Positions 12,491 to 25,689 of a DNA stretch of 64,000 bases are shown here, piece after piece (within the stretch, counting starts at the first letter, position 1; each line of letters starts with the position of its first letter). The translations under genes and the position numbers were made by a program. The DNA lies in contig OX597814.1 in NCBI GenBank assembly GCA_951406725.2, forward strand, positions 163,370,001-163,434,000, in the 5' to 3' direction. Under the pieces are notes generated by a model. That model ran no database searches. It saw nothing but the letters and a program-made list of their open reading frames with translations, and was not told where the DNA came from. Origin of the DNA: Octopus vulgaris (taxonomy: Eukaryota).

Positions 12491-12885
12491 GGCAGGAGTG
12501 GCTGTGTGGTAAGTAGCTTGCTAACCAACCACATGGTTCCGGGTTCAGTCCCACTGCGTGGCATCTTGGGCAAGTGTCTTCTGCTATAGCCCCGGGCCGA
12601 CCAATGCTTTGTGAGTGGATTTGGTAGACGGAAACTGAAAGAAGCCTGTCGTATATATGTACATATATATATGTATGTGTGTGTGTTTGTTCCCCTAGCA
12701 TTGCTTGACAACCAATGCTGGTGTGTTTACGTCCCCGTCACTTAGCGGTTCGGCAAAAAGAGACCGATAGAATAAGTACTGGGCTTACAAAAAGAATAAG
12801 TCCCGGGGTCGAGTTACTCGACTAAAGGCGGTGCTCCAGCATGGCCGCAGTCAAATGACTGAAACAAGTAAAAGAGTAAAGAGTA
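12491..12885 (+). mobile_element. tRNA-derived SINE family A, full-length
   Basis: A-box-like tggctgtgtggt, B-box-like ggttcagtccc, CORE-like cttgggcaagt, internal TA/TG microsatellite, (taaaagag)n tail. Many copies in the window. Confidence 0.85.
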
Positions 12886-13153
12886 AGTGGGAGGTTAATT
12901 ATATTGACTTGAGTATTTGACTGGTATTTTATTTTACTGATCCTGAGAGGATAAAAGGCAAAGTCAACGTCAGTGGCATTTGAACACGGAATTCATCAAA
13001 CAGCTGGAAGAAATGTTGGTATTTTGTTTCATGCAATAATGATTCTGCAGTTCTCTGCCTTTTGAAAAAATTTAGTATTATATTAAACTTTATTTTGTGC
13101 TGCTACTAATATAAAACAATTAAACCAAGAATCCATTTGATTTAACTCGAGTT

Positions 13154-13159
13154 TTTATT
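13154..13159 (-). terminator. Putative polyadenylation signal of the cysteine-rich gene
   Basis: AATAAA on the minus strand ~135 nt after the predicted stop codon. Confidence 0.45.
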
Positions 13160-13293
13160 TGCTATATATATATATACAAAATCTTTTTACATAGTTTTTT
13201 AAAAATAATTTTATGTTACAAAATATACAAAATATACAATACTGTGTGGATATAAATTAAGTTGATATTTTCATCTCTTCTAAGATACTAATA

Positions 13294-13305
13294 TTATAAT
13301 TGTGG
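13294..13305 (-). CDS. Cysteine-rich secreted protein, last coding exon (PQL*)
   Basis: Strong acceptor cttttttctttccag, phase 0 matching the upstream donor. Reads CCA CAA TTA TAA with AATAAA downstream. Confidence 0.55.
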   Translation of the reverse strand, partial: PQL

Positions 13306-14384
13306 CTGGAAAGAAAAAAGGAAAAAAGCATGGTTAGTACAATAAAGGCAGGATATTGTTCAATTCAATAGTCATTGGAAAAATTCGAGTAATTTAAGTA
13401 ATAATTATACATTGTCACTATCATTATCATAATGATTTAAGGAAAGACATCTAACTATAAATTTCATGCTGCAATAATTCATTTAAAAATATGAATTTGA
13501 AAACCTATCCAGCCCCTATTACCATACAAAAACATAATTTTAAAAAACACTATGCTGGTTTAATATATTTTTAAACAATATAATAAATTTTTCTATGTTT
13601 GACCCATTTTTAACAATATCTCTTTGCAATATTCACTTAATTTATATAATTTTTAATTAAGACTTTTACTTGCACTAAAAAATAAGCATATTTTTAATAC
13701 AAAAGACTAAACCAGAAACTGTTGGTTTTCATGATTTAAGATGCTATTAGACTGTTATAAGGTTGACACCATTTAATGTTGATATGTACAAAATATATTA
13801 TTGTACTATGTATACTATTTACAGATTATGATGCTTCTATTATAACTCAAAAGAAAAGTTAAAATGAAGCAGTTACGTCTATTTGATTTTAAATTAATCA
13901 ATTCAGATTAAGACTGAAGTTGCTATTTGTGTGAGTGTATGTATTAAATGTGCTTTAAACAAGTATATTGGTGATAATGTGAGACATACTTTGAGCAAGT
14001 GCATTGGTGATTAGATATATATCATTATCACCAGTGGTTCATATTGTCTATGGTACTATATTGTGTCTATGACTGGAACACTTAACTCTCATAGCCCAGT
14101 CCATCTAGCTGTAAAAAGGCACAAGAATATAAATAATTTTCCACTCCAAGTAGTTATTTGTTAGTGCATAGTAGCAAGTTCAATTTGTCTTATGGACAAG
14201 CATGTCCAAGGAGATATTTATCTCTTATTTACTTAAAACTACAAAAACTGGAGAAGATAAACACCAGGCCATATGAATCATTGATTTGAAAAGGATTAGC
14301 TTATCTGGTTGGGGAGGTATTTTAAGACCTATTAGAGTTGAAATTATTAGTTGAATTTGATTATTAAAGAAATTTAATACTTAC

Positions 14385-16600
14385 AATTTGGTGATTGTTG
14401 AAACAATCATTTTTGGTACAGGTTACTATTTTCTTGTGGCAAAAACACACATTGCATTGATCGTTCGATCTGAAGTATTCACCTTGCTTACGATATTTTC
14501 CATTATATAAGCAAGAATCTTGTAGCGAGCAGTCATTTTTAGTGCAGACTGGTTTACCATCAAAACAGTGACATGTATTGCAATCAACGTTGAAATTTTC
14601 TCCATGATTATAAGCTTTGTTGCCATAGAAACATTGCTTTTTCTTACAATCACTCTTTTCACAGTAGAAGAAACCTTTTGCTGTGCATGTACAGGTCCTG
14701 CACTGAATTCTAATCTTCTTTCCTATTCTGTAGTTTACACCATTGTATTTACATTGTTTTAGGCATGATGACTGTGAGCATATAATGCTTTGATCTGGCT
14801 GACATTTACATACATTGCAATTATCTGTAAAAATTTCACCTACATTATATATTGTGCCATTAAATCTACATCTACAGTCACGTGTTATTTTGCATGTAAC
14901 TTTAACATCAACTCCACATTTGCATGTATAACAGCCATCATCAAAGACTTCATTAATATCGTATTTCTTCCATTTATATTCACATTTACATGGTTTTTTG
15001 ACACATTCTACAGTTCCATTTTCTTTGCATTTACATTCATAGCACGCATCAAGGAATAATTCACCAATGCGATAGTCTTTTCCCTTATAATTACAAGAAC
15101 AGTTTTTAGTTTTGGTACATGCAAATTTGCCTGTATGTAGACATTTACATGTCTTACAACCATCTTTGAATGTTTCTCCAATATTATACTTCATTCCATT
15201 GTTAATGCAGGTAGTTGTGTTTTTAGTACATTGAACCATACCAGATTCTTTACAGATGCATACATTGCAGTTGTCAGTAAATGTATCATTGATGGCATAG
15301 ACCATTCCATTATATTTGCACTCGCATAAATCTCTAGTGCACATTATATAACCATTAATGTCACAAATACAATCGTTACAATTATCTTTAAATACGTCTC
15401 CAATTCTATACGTGACATTTCTGTATTGACAATGACAAGACCTTTTACTGCATTGGACCATGCCAGTCATTTCACATCGGCAAATATTACAATTGTCCCT
15501 AAATATTTCTCTATATTGATAAATTTCATCCTTATATTTACATATACAAGGAGTATTGTTGCAGTGAATCTTGCCACCTGCTTTGCAGATACAGGTGTTA
15601 CAATTATCTTTAAAGCTTTCTCCAATTTGGTATGTTACTCCACTAAGCTTGCATACACATGTGTTATTAGTACAGTTTACAGCACCATCAGCTTTACAGA
15701 CACATGTATTGCAGTTATCTGTAAAATTTTGGCCAGCTGAATACATTTTTGTTTTATAAATGCAGACACATGATTTATTGTTGCAACTCACAGTTCCATC
15801 TGTTTTACATTGACAAGTCTTACACTTGTCCATAAAGGACTCACCTGCTGAATAAATAGTGCCTCCATACTTACAGGTGGTGTTTTTATTTGTACAGTAG
15901 AAGCTAGCATTTTCTTGACAAATGCAAACAATATACTTTGTTTGAAATGATTCTCCAATTTTATAATCGATTTTGTTATGAGTGCACTTACATATTTTAG
16001 TCGTACATTTAATATTACCTGTACTAAGACATGTACATGAGTTACAACCATTTTTAAATACTTCATTAACTTTATAAGTTTTGCCTTGATGTGTGCAAGT
16101 ATTGTTGCATTTGTACACACAGCTCACACTGCCATCTGCTTTACAAACACAAGCATTACAAAGAGAGCTAAATGTCTCCAGAGGCCTATACTTTTTTCCA
16201 TTGTATATGCAATATTGTGGTTGGCTACTGCAGTCTAGTTGAGTACAATTCACAACACCTAATTGTTTGCAGACACATGTATTGCAGTCCTTCTTAAAAA
16301 CGTCTCCCTTCTTATATGTCTTTCCATTGAAAGTGCATTGATTGCTCGGCTGGTTACAATTTACTTCACTACATTGAACACTGCCATCACGTTTACATAC
16401 ACATTCTCTACAACCCATTTTGAAACTTTCTCCTTCACTGTATGTAAGACCATTGAAGTTACAAGTTTGTTTCTTCGTAGAACAAGGTCTAACTGTGCAG
16501 ATTATATAACCTGATGGATCACAGTAGCAGGTATTGCAACCATCAGAACTATTGAAAAACTCTCCGCCATTAAACTTCTTGTTTTCATATTCACATGATT
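14385..16600 (-). CDS. Secreted cysteine-rich protein, pacifastin-like/half-VWC (kielin/chordin-like) repeats, large exon 6 with 19 repeats
   Basis: 2216-nt open exon, acceptor ttctttccag, donor ATT|GTAAGT. Repeat pattern CxYxGxxYxxGexFxDxCNxCxCxxxGxxxCTxxxC occurs 19 times. Confidence 0.92.
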
Positions 16601-17462
16601 CTGGAAAGAATTAAAATTATTAGAAAATTTTAGTCAAAATAAAAGTACCAAAAATACTTAAGAGTAAAGAATGCATTTTTATATTTAATTCATTTCACAC
16701 TTTTTTGTATACCAAAGTCAATATTAAAACTAAAGCTGCATATAGTACATGAGAATAAATTGTAAATCTTTTCCCTACTCGCTTTATTTATGAAAATGAT
16801 GTAATCAAGTTTTCTTATTTAAAAGCAAGAAAATTGCTACAAAGCTGCATGAAAAACTTTTTCTCTATGCTAACGGATACAGAAACATGGTGTTGTCAGC
16901 ATAATTAAAACAGCAAGATAAGGCAAGATGTGACATGTGCATTACATTTTTATTTGCCTCTGACTTGTCCATACCTCTCTTTCCAAACTTCATGGCAAGC
17001 TTAATAGTGCAGGTTGCTCAAAAAAAAAAGAAATCATCCAGTACATGCTGTAAAGTGGTTGGCATTAGGAAGGGCATCCAGCCATAAAAACTATGCCAAA
17101 ACAGATGATGAAGCTTGATGCAGTCCTTGGATACCTCAGTCCCTGTCAAACCATCCAACCCATGTCAGCATGGAACATGGATGTTAAATGATGATGATGA
17201 TTATCACTATCATCATCATTTTATAAGTAGGGACAATCTAAGGGCATAAAGTGCTCAGTAGATGATGACGATGCTGCTGCTGCTGCTGATGATGATGATG
17301 ATGCACTGAGTTCATACCATCTTACTGATCATGACAGAAGCCTGAATGAATTCTTTCACTATAATTCCAAAATATATGCAACAGGAATGTGTCCTTCCCC
17401 CACACCCTATGAAGCAAATTAAAAAAAAAAAATTTTATAAGTGAAACAACATGGTTACTTAC

Positions 17463-17627
17463 TTCCAACTGAAACGAATTTTGTTTTTCCAATACAGGCT
17501 TCATCAGTGCATAAGTATTTATTATATCCTTGACAATCACATTCAGTGCACTTATCTTCAAGTAATATTGTTTTACCTCTGTCCACATTAACTCCATTGT
17601 ATGTACAATTGTAAGGATTCATGCTAT
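17463..17627 (-). CDS. Cysteine-rich secreted protein, exon 5 (one 6-Cys repeat)
   Basis: Acceptor ctttcttag, donor A|GTAAGT, phase 1-1. Encodes CTYNGVNVDRGKTILLEDKCTECDCQGYNKYLCTDEAC. Confidence 0.85.
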
Positions 17628-18194
17628 CTAAGAAAGACAAAGATTGTAAAGTTGAAAACATTCTGATAGATTTTAGAGTTAACATTAATCTTGCTATAAA
17701 TCTAGTTATATAATAAAGCTTTCAAGCACACTAGAAGTTCAAAACTACTGAATTGCCACGCACCTGTGTACCAGTAATGAATAACTTCCTAGATTCTAAG
17801 CTAGGATTCAAAACCAAATCTATAATTTTCCACTCGTTTCTTTCCTATTGCTCTCAGCTTTTGCACTTAGATTTATGACAGCCAACTGTGACAATTAGTC
17901 AAGTTCCATTGTTTAACTGAACATTCGTGGGTTAAATACTGTTCATGAGATAGACTCACTACTTTCCATTGCTCTCCAACTTTCATCCAGCTTTGCAACA
18001 TGTACAAATACAGTACCCTAATTCAGTTCTACCTCTTTCCACTTGGCTTCTGATCAAAGAAGCCTTTCATGTATGGCCTGTCATTGTGCAACCATACAAC
18101 TTTCATCCTCTCTACTAGGCTACATTCTTTTACTTTTTCACTCTCACTTCTTCCATCCACTTGCTAATCCTTTAATAACAAAACCAGTTCTTAC

Positions 18195-18239
18195 TTGCAA
18201 CACAAAACTTTTTGGTGATGAAGAGGCAACAGGTTTCAC
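18195..18239 (-). CDS. Cysteine-rich secreted protein, exon 4 (second half of WAP-like module)
   Basis: Acceptor tttattttcag, donor A|GTAAGA, phase 1-1. Encodes GETCCLFITKKFCVA. Confidence 0.7.
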
Positions 18240-19348
18240 CTGAAAATAAATTGCAACAGAAATCAAAAATCAATGTCATAAATGTGCATCTGTGAAAGGG
18301 AAAATGCATTTAGAAACCCAAATAAAACTTGCTAGTACTTTATAAAGACTCTCTATGAACACTTGAATATATCACAGCATAAGAGGCAAAATTAGTTCTA
18401 TGAAATATTCTTTTCAATTTACAAATTTGCAACTGTCTGCAGTATCCAACTGCATTCATTTAAGATTTCCAGTAGTACAAGGTTTCTTTGTCATAGTCTA
18501 TACCTTCTTACCAAAATTAAAAAAATTCTATTGTGATAAAAGTTGAAGATAATCAAAACTGCTACCAGCTCTACTGTATATAACAGTTTCTCTCATCGTT
18601 ACAATAATTGCCATCAGAATCTATTTACTTTTGATCACAATAAACTCTTGCATCCTTATTATAACACCATCGTGAATATATGGTATATTTTATTGATAAT
18701 TTAATACAAAAACCAATTTGATCATTTGCAAGGATAGAAATAAGATAGAACTCAATATTGGTGTTTTGTTCAATGCTTTCCCTTTTCTGCCATCTTTTGT
18801 TTTTCTATCAGGATTGCCTTTCAATCAGGACTGAAATCCTCGAGAAGAATGACCTTCAAATTGATAAACATTCAAAAATGAATGAATAAAAGTTGACATA
18901 TGACTAATAACAATTTAGTGATGTATTTTCTACTTTTTTGTCAACTTGCATCAAGTATGAATGCATCACACATCCTGTTGATTAATGAGATTCATATTAC
19001 ATGGTTTTATCATTAAATTTTTTACATGAGAATTGCTGCTCCTCAGATTATTTTAACATGCATGAAGAAAGGGGGATATATTTCTTTTGATTACAAAACA
19101 CAAAATCATATTTTTTTAAATGCTTGTTGTACTTTTTTTGTTATTGTTGTTTTACTTCTCAGAGCACTATGTCTTGTTTGCTCTAGTTGATTTTGTGAGA
19201 GCAGACAGCAGCTTGTTGTCAGAGGTCTCACAAGGTTTCTTTCCACACATAAGCTTTGATGATATTATTGTTGTTGTTGTTGTTGTCATCATTATTATTA
19301 GTTCTTTGAGTTTAATAAACAAAATATATTTGAAATATGTAACAGTAC

Positions 19349-19429
19349 CTATGCGACATTCCCTGGTTTCATTGCATGCTTTGGTTGCATTTATTGGTCG
19401 TTCATTTGGGCAGGTTGCATTTAACATTT
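19349..19429 (-). CDS. Cysteine-rich secreted protein, exon 3 (first half of WAP-like module)
   Basis: Acceptor tttcttttcag, donor G|GTACTG, phase 1-1. Encodes EMLNATCPNERPINATKACNETRECRI. Confidence 0.7.
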
Positions 19430-20316
19430 CTGAAAAGAAAAGAGAGGGAAAAAAAGGATATTGATAGACTTATATAAAATCTCTAGTTGTGAGGAGAGAA
19501 AAATACTGGTTCATGATATATTTGATAGTGTTCATTCACCATTTATACATAAACCATCATCATAATCAAACAAATAAGAATATCAATATGAATATGGGTG
19601 GATGCAAGAGCTAGGCTTGTACAGATGACATGGAACAAAGAATCCAAGGATGTGAGCACAGCTGTTCTAGCAGGTTGCTACACATCCTATACACAGAATA
19701 CAAAATAAACAGCTTTGTCAGGCAGCAAGTTAACAAATATCCTGGTAGACAGGAATCACTCCTTGCACAGGCAATAAAATGAAAGCTTGCCTGGTACAGT
19801 CACATATCCTTTCACAACTCCTTGTCCAAAACCATGCTTCAGGGCACAGTTAGGGGAAGGTAAAAGAGAGACAGACTGGGAAAATCCTGGCCTGACAACA
19901 TTAAGGAATGGTTAAGTCACAACACTATGGCCTGCTAGACATAACAGAGAACAGAGACCAGTGGCAACAGCTGACTGCAATGATGTGTAGAAATTTGAAA
20001 AATCTGGGGGAGACTGATAGAATAAGTACTAGGCTTGCAAAGAATAAGTCCTAGGGTCGATTTGTTCAACTAAAGCCGGTGCTCCAGCATGACCACAGTC
20101 AAATGACTGAGACAAGTAAAAGAATAAAAGAATATATTTGTTTACGTTTCCCTCATACATTTTGAAGACCCTCAACACAAGACCAGGCATCTTCAACTAC
20201 GAGACGCTTAGGACAATTGCTTGAGTTACCAGTACCATCGGTTTGTCATGCATTTAAAACAAAAGTAAAAATTTTGGCAAAAAACATACATGTGATAATT
20301 TAATATATCAACTTAC

Positions 20317-20427
20317 CCATTGAATTTAAGGATCCCATAGAGATGTCAAAATCTACTCTCTCAGTAATTTGACTATTCATCAGAAGAGGTATAGGAGTAG
20401 GGGTTTCACTTTTATGGATTACAAAAC
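20317..20427 (-). CDS. Cysteine-rich secreted protein, exon 2
   Basis: Acceptor ttctatttcag, donor G|GTAAGT, 111 nt, phase 1-1, open. Encodes GFVIHKSETPTPIPLLMNSQITERVDFDISMGSLNSM. Confidence 0.7.
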
Positions 20428-20471
20428 CTGAAATAGAAGAAACATTAACTTGTAATACGTCAATGTCAGCG

Positions 20472-20513
<42 letters not shown>

Positions 20514-21231
20514 CCACCACCACCACTATCACCATCATCATCATTACTTTAATATTCATTTTCCCGTGGCTGCATGGGTCAGGCCATACTTCTAATATAT
20601 TTTACTACTTAGGAAAGTTGTATTTAAAGCTAATAAAGGTTAACAATATTGTTCTTAAAGCTGTGTGTATGGTGACTGATTTTTAATCATTAGTTTTCAT
20701 TTTTCCACACTTAAAAAAAAAGAAAAAGAAAAAAAGAAACCCTAAGAAAGTGTGAGCAGAATTTAGGCTACTTGAAATATGTTTGTGATATATTTCAACT
20801 GCTAAAAGGCATTGCAATTACCATGGAGAATAAATCTCTCTTATGGTTGAAAGGTGAAAACAAAACCAAATGGTAAGCTTATCAGATTGTTTAAGTTATT
20901 TTAATTATTATAATGGTGAATACAAGACAAAGGCATGGCAAGCTTATCAGATCATTTAAATCATTTAAATTATTATAATGGTCAATATATATTTATATAT
21001 ATACATGTACATGTGTATGGATATACGTGTGTGTGTGTGTGTTTGTGTTATATCTATCTGTGTGTGTGTGTGTGTGTGTCTGTGAGTGCATGTGTGTGTG
21101 TGCATGCATGTGTGTGTGTGTGTGTGTACATATATTTTATATAGATAGACAGGCTTTCAGATTGATAGATAGATACATACATACATACATATATATATAT
21201 ACATGCATAGATAGATAGATAGATAGATACA

Positions 21232-21263
<32 letters not shown>

Positions 21264-21850
21264 CATACATGCATACATGATGGTTGTGTACTCCTTTTGC
21301 AGAGTTTGACCACCTCCTGTACCTACACCATAGCATTATCTTGGCATCTGATGTGCCTTTTTAAACCAGACAATATTCTAAAAAGACACCCACACAGATT
21401 GCACATCTGATTTGGATCACCAAGAGCTGCAGATAAGTTCTACTCTTTATGGATTTTAAAATGTCTTTTGAGGCCTCCATTGGATTTGCAAGCCTTCTGG
21501 CTTACACTGCATTCAAAGGTGTGCACAGATGTCTAGGCAGAATAGTTGGTGCAGGTTCGTTTTCCCTGGATCCACAGATGAGATTTCAGCCCACCCAGCA
21601 AAAGACAGGCATGGTCAGTCACAGACTGTGCACACAAAAAGGTAATACATGTATACATAAATAGATAGTTAGATACTGTTATCTCCTTCATGTGACCACA
21701 ACTAAGATGCATCTCATAATATTGAAACAGGAATCTCTGGCCAACAATAGTTTTATGTCGAATGTGTGTACCAATAACATCAATACACTGAATGTTATCC
21801 TTTCTCTATTAAACTATAGAAGCCTCCAAAATATAACATCTAATATGGCT

Positions 21851-21986
<136 letters not shown>

Positions 21987-22078
21987 ACAAAGGGTAAAAT
22001 TAATTAACAAATAATCAATAATTTCACCAAGTAGAATTCGGCATGAAAATGGACCATTTCACAGTAAACTTAAGTAAT

Positions 22079-22295
22079 ACTTTATAATTAGGGTTCAGCA
22101 AAGATTTGCTTTACCACATACCGAAGTTTAGAAATAGCAGCTAAAAAGCCTTAACTATTTCTTCTACTTTAAAAAGGGACTCCCAGAAAAACCAAAATAC
22201 TTTAAAGTAGAAGAAATAGCTAAGGTTTTTTGGCTGCTATTTCTAAACTTCGGTATGTGGTAAAGCAAATCTTTGCTGAACCCTAATTATAAAGT
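22079..22295. repeat. Inverted repeat (~95-bp arms) between (TA)n tracts
   Basis: 22079-22173 is the reverse complement of 22201-22295 with few mismatches. Confidence 0.9.
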
Positions 22296-22786
22296 GTATA
22301 TATATATATATATATGATAGTAGTAGTTATAGGCATCTGTCAGTCTCGAGGGACCATGGATCTGCACCCTAAGAAATTGTATATTTAAATATATATATGT
22401 ATATAGTAGGCCTTATTAGATGTTGTGTGTGTGTGTGTGTGCGCACGTGTGTGTGTGTATGTGTGTGTGTGTGTGTGTGTGTTGAATGCCATGGAGGTGA
22501 TGACAAGTGATTGAGACCTTTGGAGATTTGCTGTGCTTGAGAAGATACATCAACCCAAGTGAAATCATAGTCATGGCCAGTGGCGGTGACATGTAAAAGA
22601 CACCTACTACAGTCTTGGAGTGGTTGGTGTTAGGAAGGATATCCAGTCATAGAAACCAAGCCAAATCAGACTATAGCCTGGTATAGCTCTCCAACTTACC
22701 AATCCCAGTCAAACCATCTAACCCATGCCCAGTAGAATGTATGCTAAATGATGATGATGATGTATGTGCATATGTATATATGTATG

Positions 22787-22820
<34 letters not shown>

Positions 22821-23921
22821 TATATCATATATAATACATATATTTTGCATGCCTTTAAAATAATGAATAAAAGTTGGGAGCATCATGGTTAGAACATTCT
22901 TGATTATTAGTTTACTTGATTGTAGCTGGCCAGAATCTAAACAGCAAAAATAACAACTATATCCTGAACATTTGCTTCATTCACTTTTATCATTGAATCA
23001 TATATGATGGTGATTAAGTTTTATAGATAGTATTAGGTAGGTTCTAGTTGACAATTGGTAGATTTCCTGTATTACTATTATAATTATTATTATTATATGT
23101 TTGGCTTTTGCTTTGTATTTGTACAAGTCAACTCCAAGTCTCACCCAGAGACTTCAAGAGACATTATTATTGTTGCTGTTGTTGTTACTGTTATTTCCAT
23201 TTCACTTCTCAGAATTCTTCATATTCCTTGCTCCAGCTAAGTCTGTAAGAGCAGACAATAACCTGTTGTCAAGGATCTCACAGAGTCTCTTTCCCTAACA
23301 AATTGTTCAAATCTGGTTGTTAATGCTCCCAGAACCCCAACAACTGGGATAACAGTTATTTTTTTCATTACCCACATTCATACAATCTCATATTAATTAT
23401 TATTATATGTTTGACTTTTGCTTTGTATTTACACAAGTTGACTCCAATTCTTACCCAGAGACCTGAAGAGACAAGTTAGAAGTTCAAGTTAATGTTATGA
23501 CTAGGGTGCTATATATATTTGGTTTTGCACGAAGTATTCTTCTAGAAAATGTTTAAGAAAACATAAGAAAATTATGTGTTTGTTTTAAAATTTGAGTTTA
23601 CATATTATTATTATAATTATTATTATTGTTATTGTTCTTGTAAATCTAAAATCTTTCTTCTATTGTGTCTTTTCTAATGAGCAAATTTCGCTAACACATA
23701 ATTAATGAAACAATAGCATTTACCTGAGATATTGTTTAATTTTGCCTATAGACACCATAAAATCAATATTATTTTTTGCTGACCATATCATTTTTTTGGC
23801 CTCTTATTATTTTTCCACATGTTAAATTGAAAATGTTAGGTAAGAATGAAATAATTCTATATTAGTTAAAAAAATACCATCTAGTTATGTCAAGAGAAAA
23901 AGTAGCATCCATAAAGCATAC

Positions 23922-23979
23922 CTGAAATAGTGTTCATCTGTGTGAGAGCAAAAACCAGAATGCAAATATAAGCATTCAT
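23922..23979 (-). CDS. Cysteine-rich secreted protein, exon 1 (signal peptide)
   Basis: ATG at 23979, MNAYICILVFALTQMNTIS-G hydrophobic leader, donor G|GTATGC (phase 1). All seven exons join to 2688 nt, 895 aa. Confidence 0.7.
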
Positions 23980-24091
23980 GATGATTTTTTTGATGTAATA
24001 TCCTCTTGTATATTGCAGTGATTGAAAACTGGCTTAGCAGTGGAGTACTGGCACTTCAGTTATAGTAATGAAGATATCACAACTCGAACAG

Positions 24092-24102
24092 TATATATAT
24101 AA
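24092..24102 (-). promoter_or_regulatory. Putative TATA box of the cysteine-rich gene
   Basis: TTATATATATA on the minus strand ~115 nt upstream of the predicted ATG. Weak evidence in TA-rich DNA. Confidence 0.3.
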
Positions 24103-25043
24103 CAGAGGAAATTTGAATAATTAATTATTGTGCAATATTTTGCAAAACTTTTGATAGGTCTAACCTCTTTTGGATGTTTTTTCACAAATATTTCTTTGTT
24201 TTCAGAATATAATGTCAGAAAACATGAGGAAATAAATAAAAATTTCTATGAAAAGAAAGTATCATTGTTCTTCATTCTCACACATTAAAAACTTGTTATA
24301 CAAGAATGATATATCCGTAACCTCTGGTTTTAATACAGACTTCCTAAACATTCAGTGTTCAGTTGTTCATTATAAAGTTTTATTCTTACGCACATTTTCT
24401 CTTAAAATTTCTTTTCCTGGGAAAAACATCACAAACGTGTGAGAGAAGGACATGTTATTTTATAAAGGCCAATGCCTCGTGACTTAAAAATCACACATTT
24501 GTACACAGTAACAATGAGTACAAAAGCAAAAAAAAAAAAATTGCTTCAGCATGACCTTGCAGCCACGATTCAAGTAGTCTAAATAACTAATGACAATGAA
24601 AAACATTTTGAAATAATAGTACTGTCTTCCTAGGTACCCTTCCTTTCTTTAAACATATTTTCGGCAAAAATATTTCTAATGCTTGCATAAGAAAAGACAA
24701 ATATATTCAGAAAAAGTTGTTATAGTAAACCATTCATGAAGTTGGGGCTATAATGACTTTTAATTAACTAAGATATATACATGAAGGTTAAGGTTCTGGA
24801 AGTAAATACAATGTGATAAAGCTGAGGCTTACGTGTTAATGTGCCATCATTTCAACTATTGTACTGATTCCCATAAATCAGTTAAGCTAATTCCAAAAAT
24901 CTGAAGAAGCTAATATTTAAAGAATTAATAATTTCTCTGCGGAATTATTTTGTATTTTACTGCTCTTATATGCTCACTGATAATTTGTGAGTGGAATTTG
25001 GTTGACAGAACTAGGCAGAAGCTTATACATACATGCATACATA

Positions 25044-25273
25044 GGGCAGCGAGCTGGCAGAAACGTTAGCACGCCAGGCAAAATGCGTAGCTGTATTTCG
25101 TCTGCCGTTATGTTCTGAGTTCAAATTCCGCCGAGGTCAACTTTGCCTTTCATCCTTTCGAGGTCAATAAATTAAGTACCAGTTACGAACTGGGGTCGAT
25201 GTAATCGGCTTAATCCGTTTATGTGTCCTTGTTTGTCCCCTCTATGTTTAGCTCCTTGTGGGTAATAAAGAAA
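25044..25273 (+). mobile_element. tRNA-derived SINE family B, full-length
   Basis: A box tggcagaaacgttag, B box gagttcaaattc. Central gcctttcatcctttcg.ggtc.ataaattaagtaccag resembles the MetaSINE-type domain. Confidence 0.85.
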
Positions 25274-25380
25274 CACATACATACATACATTTATACATAC
25301 ATACATACATACATACATACATACATACATACATGCGTACATACATACATGCATGCATGCATACACACACATGCTCAGAA

Positions 25381-25454
<74 letters not shown>

Positions 25455-25689
25455 AGAAACACACAGGCACACGCACACACACATGTATGTATATTTCATT
25501 TCAAGTTTTCTTACCAATAGAGAAAGAGTCGGTTTCTAATTTAGATCCAAGTCTCCTCCATTGGAATTTCAGCATCAGCAACAGGGTATTTTTGTATGTA
25601 TGTATGTATGTATGTATGTATGTATGCATGCATGTACATGTGCAGATTTGTATGTTTTGTTTTATGTATGTCACTTCATGCATATACTT

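Noticed and set aside
14364-16418. 684-aa ORF as a complete single-exon gene
   Set aside because: The frame stays open to an acceptor at 16601, and a GTAAGT donor lies at 14384. It is an internal exon.
25044-25135. tRNA gene
   Set aside because: tRNA-like A/B boxes are the head of a multi-copy SINE and do not form a full cloverleaf.
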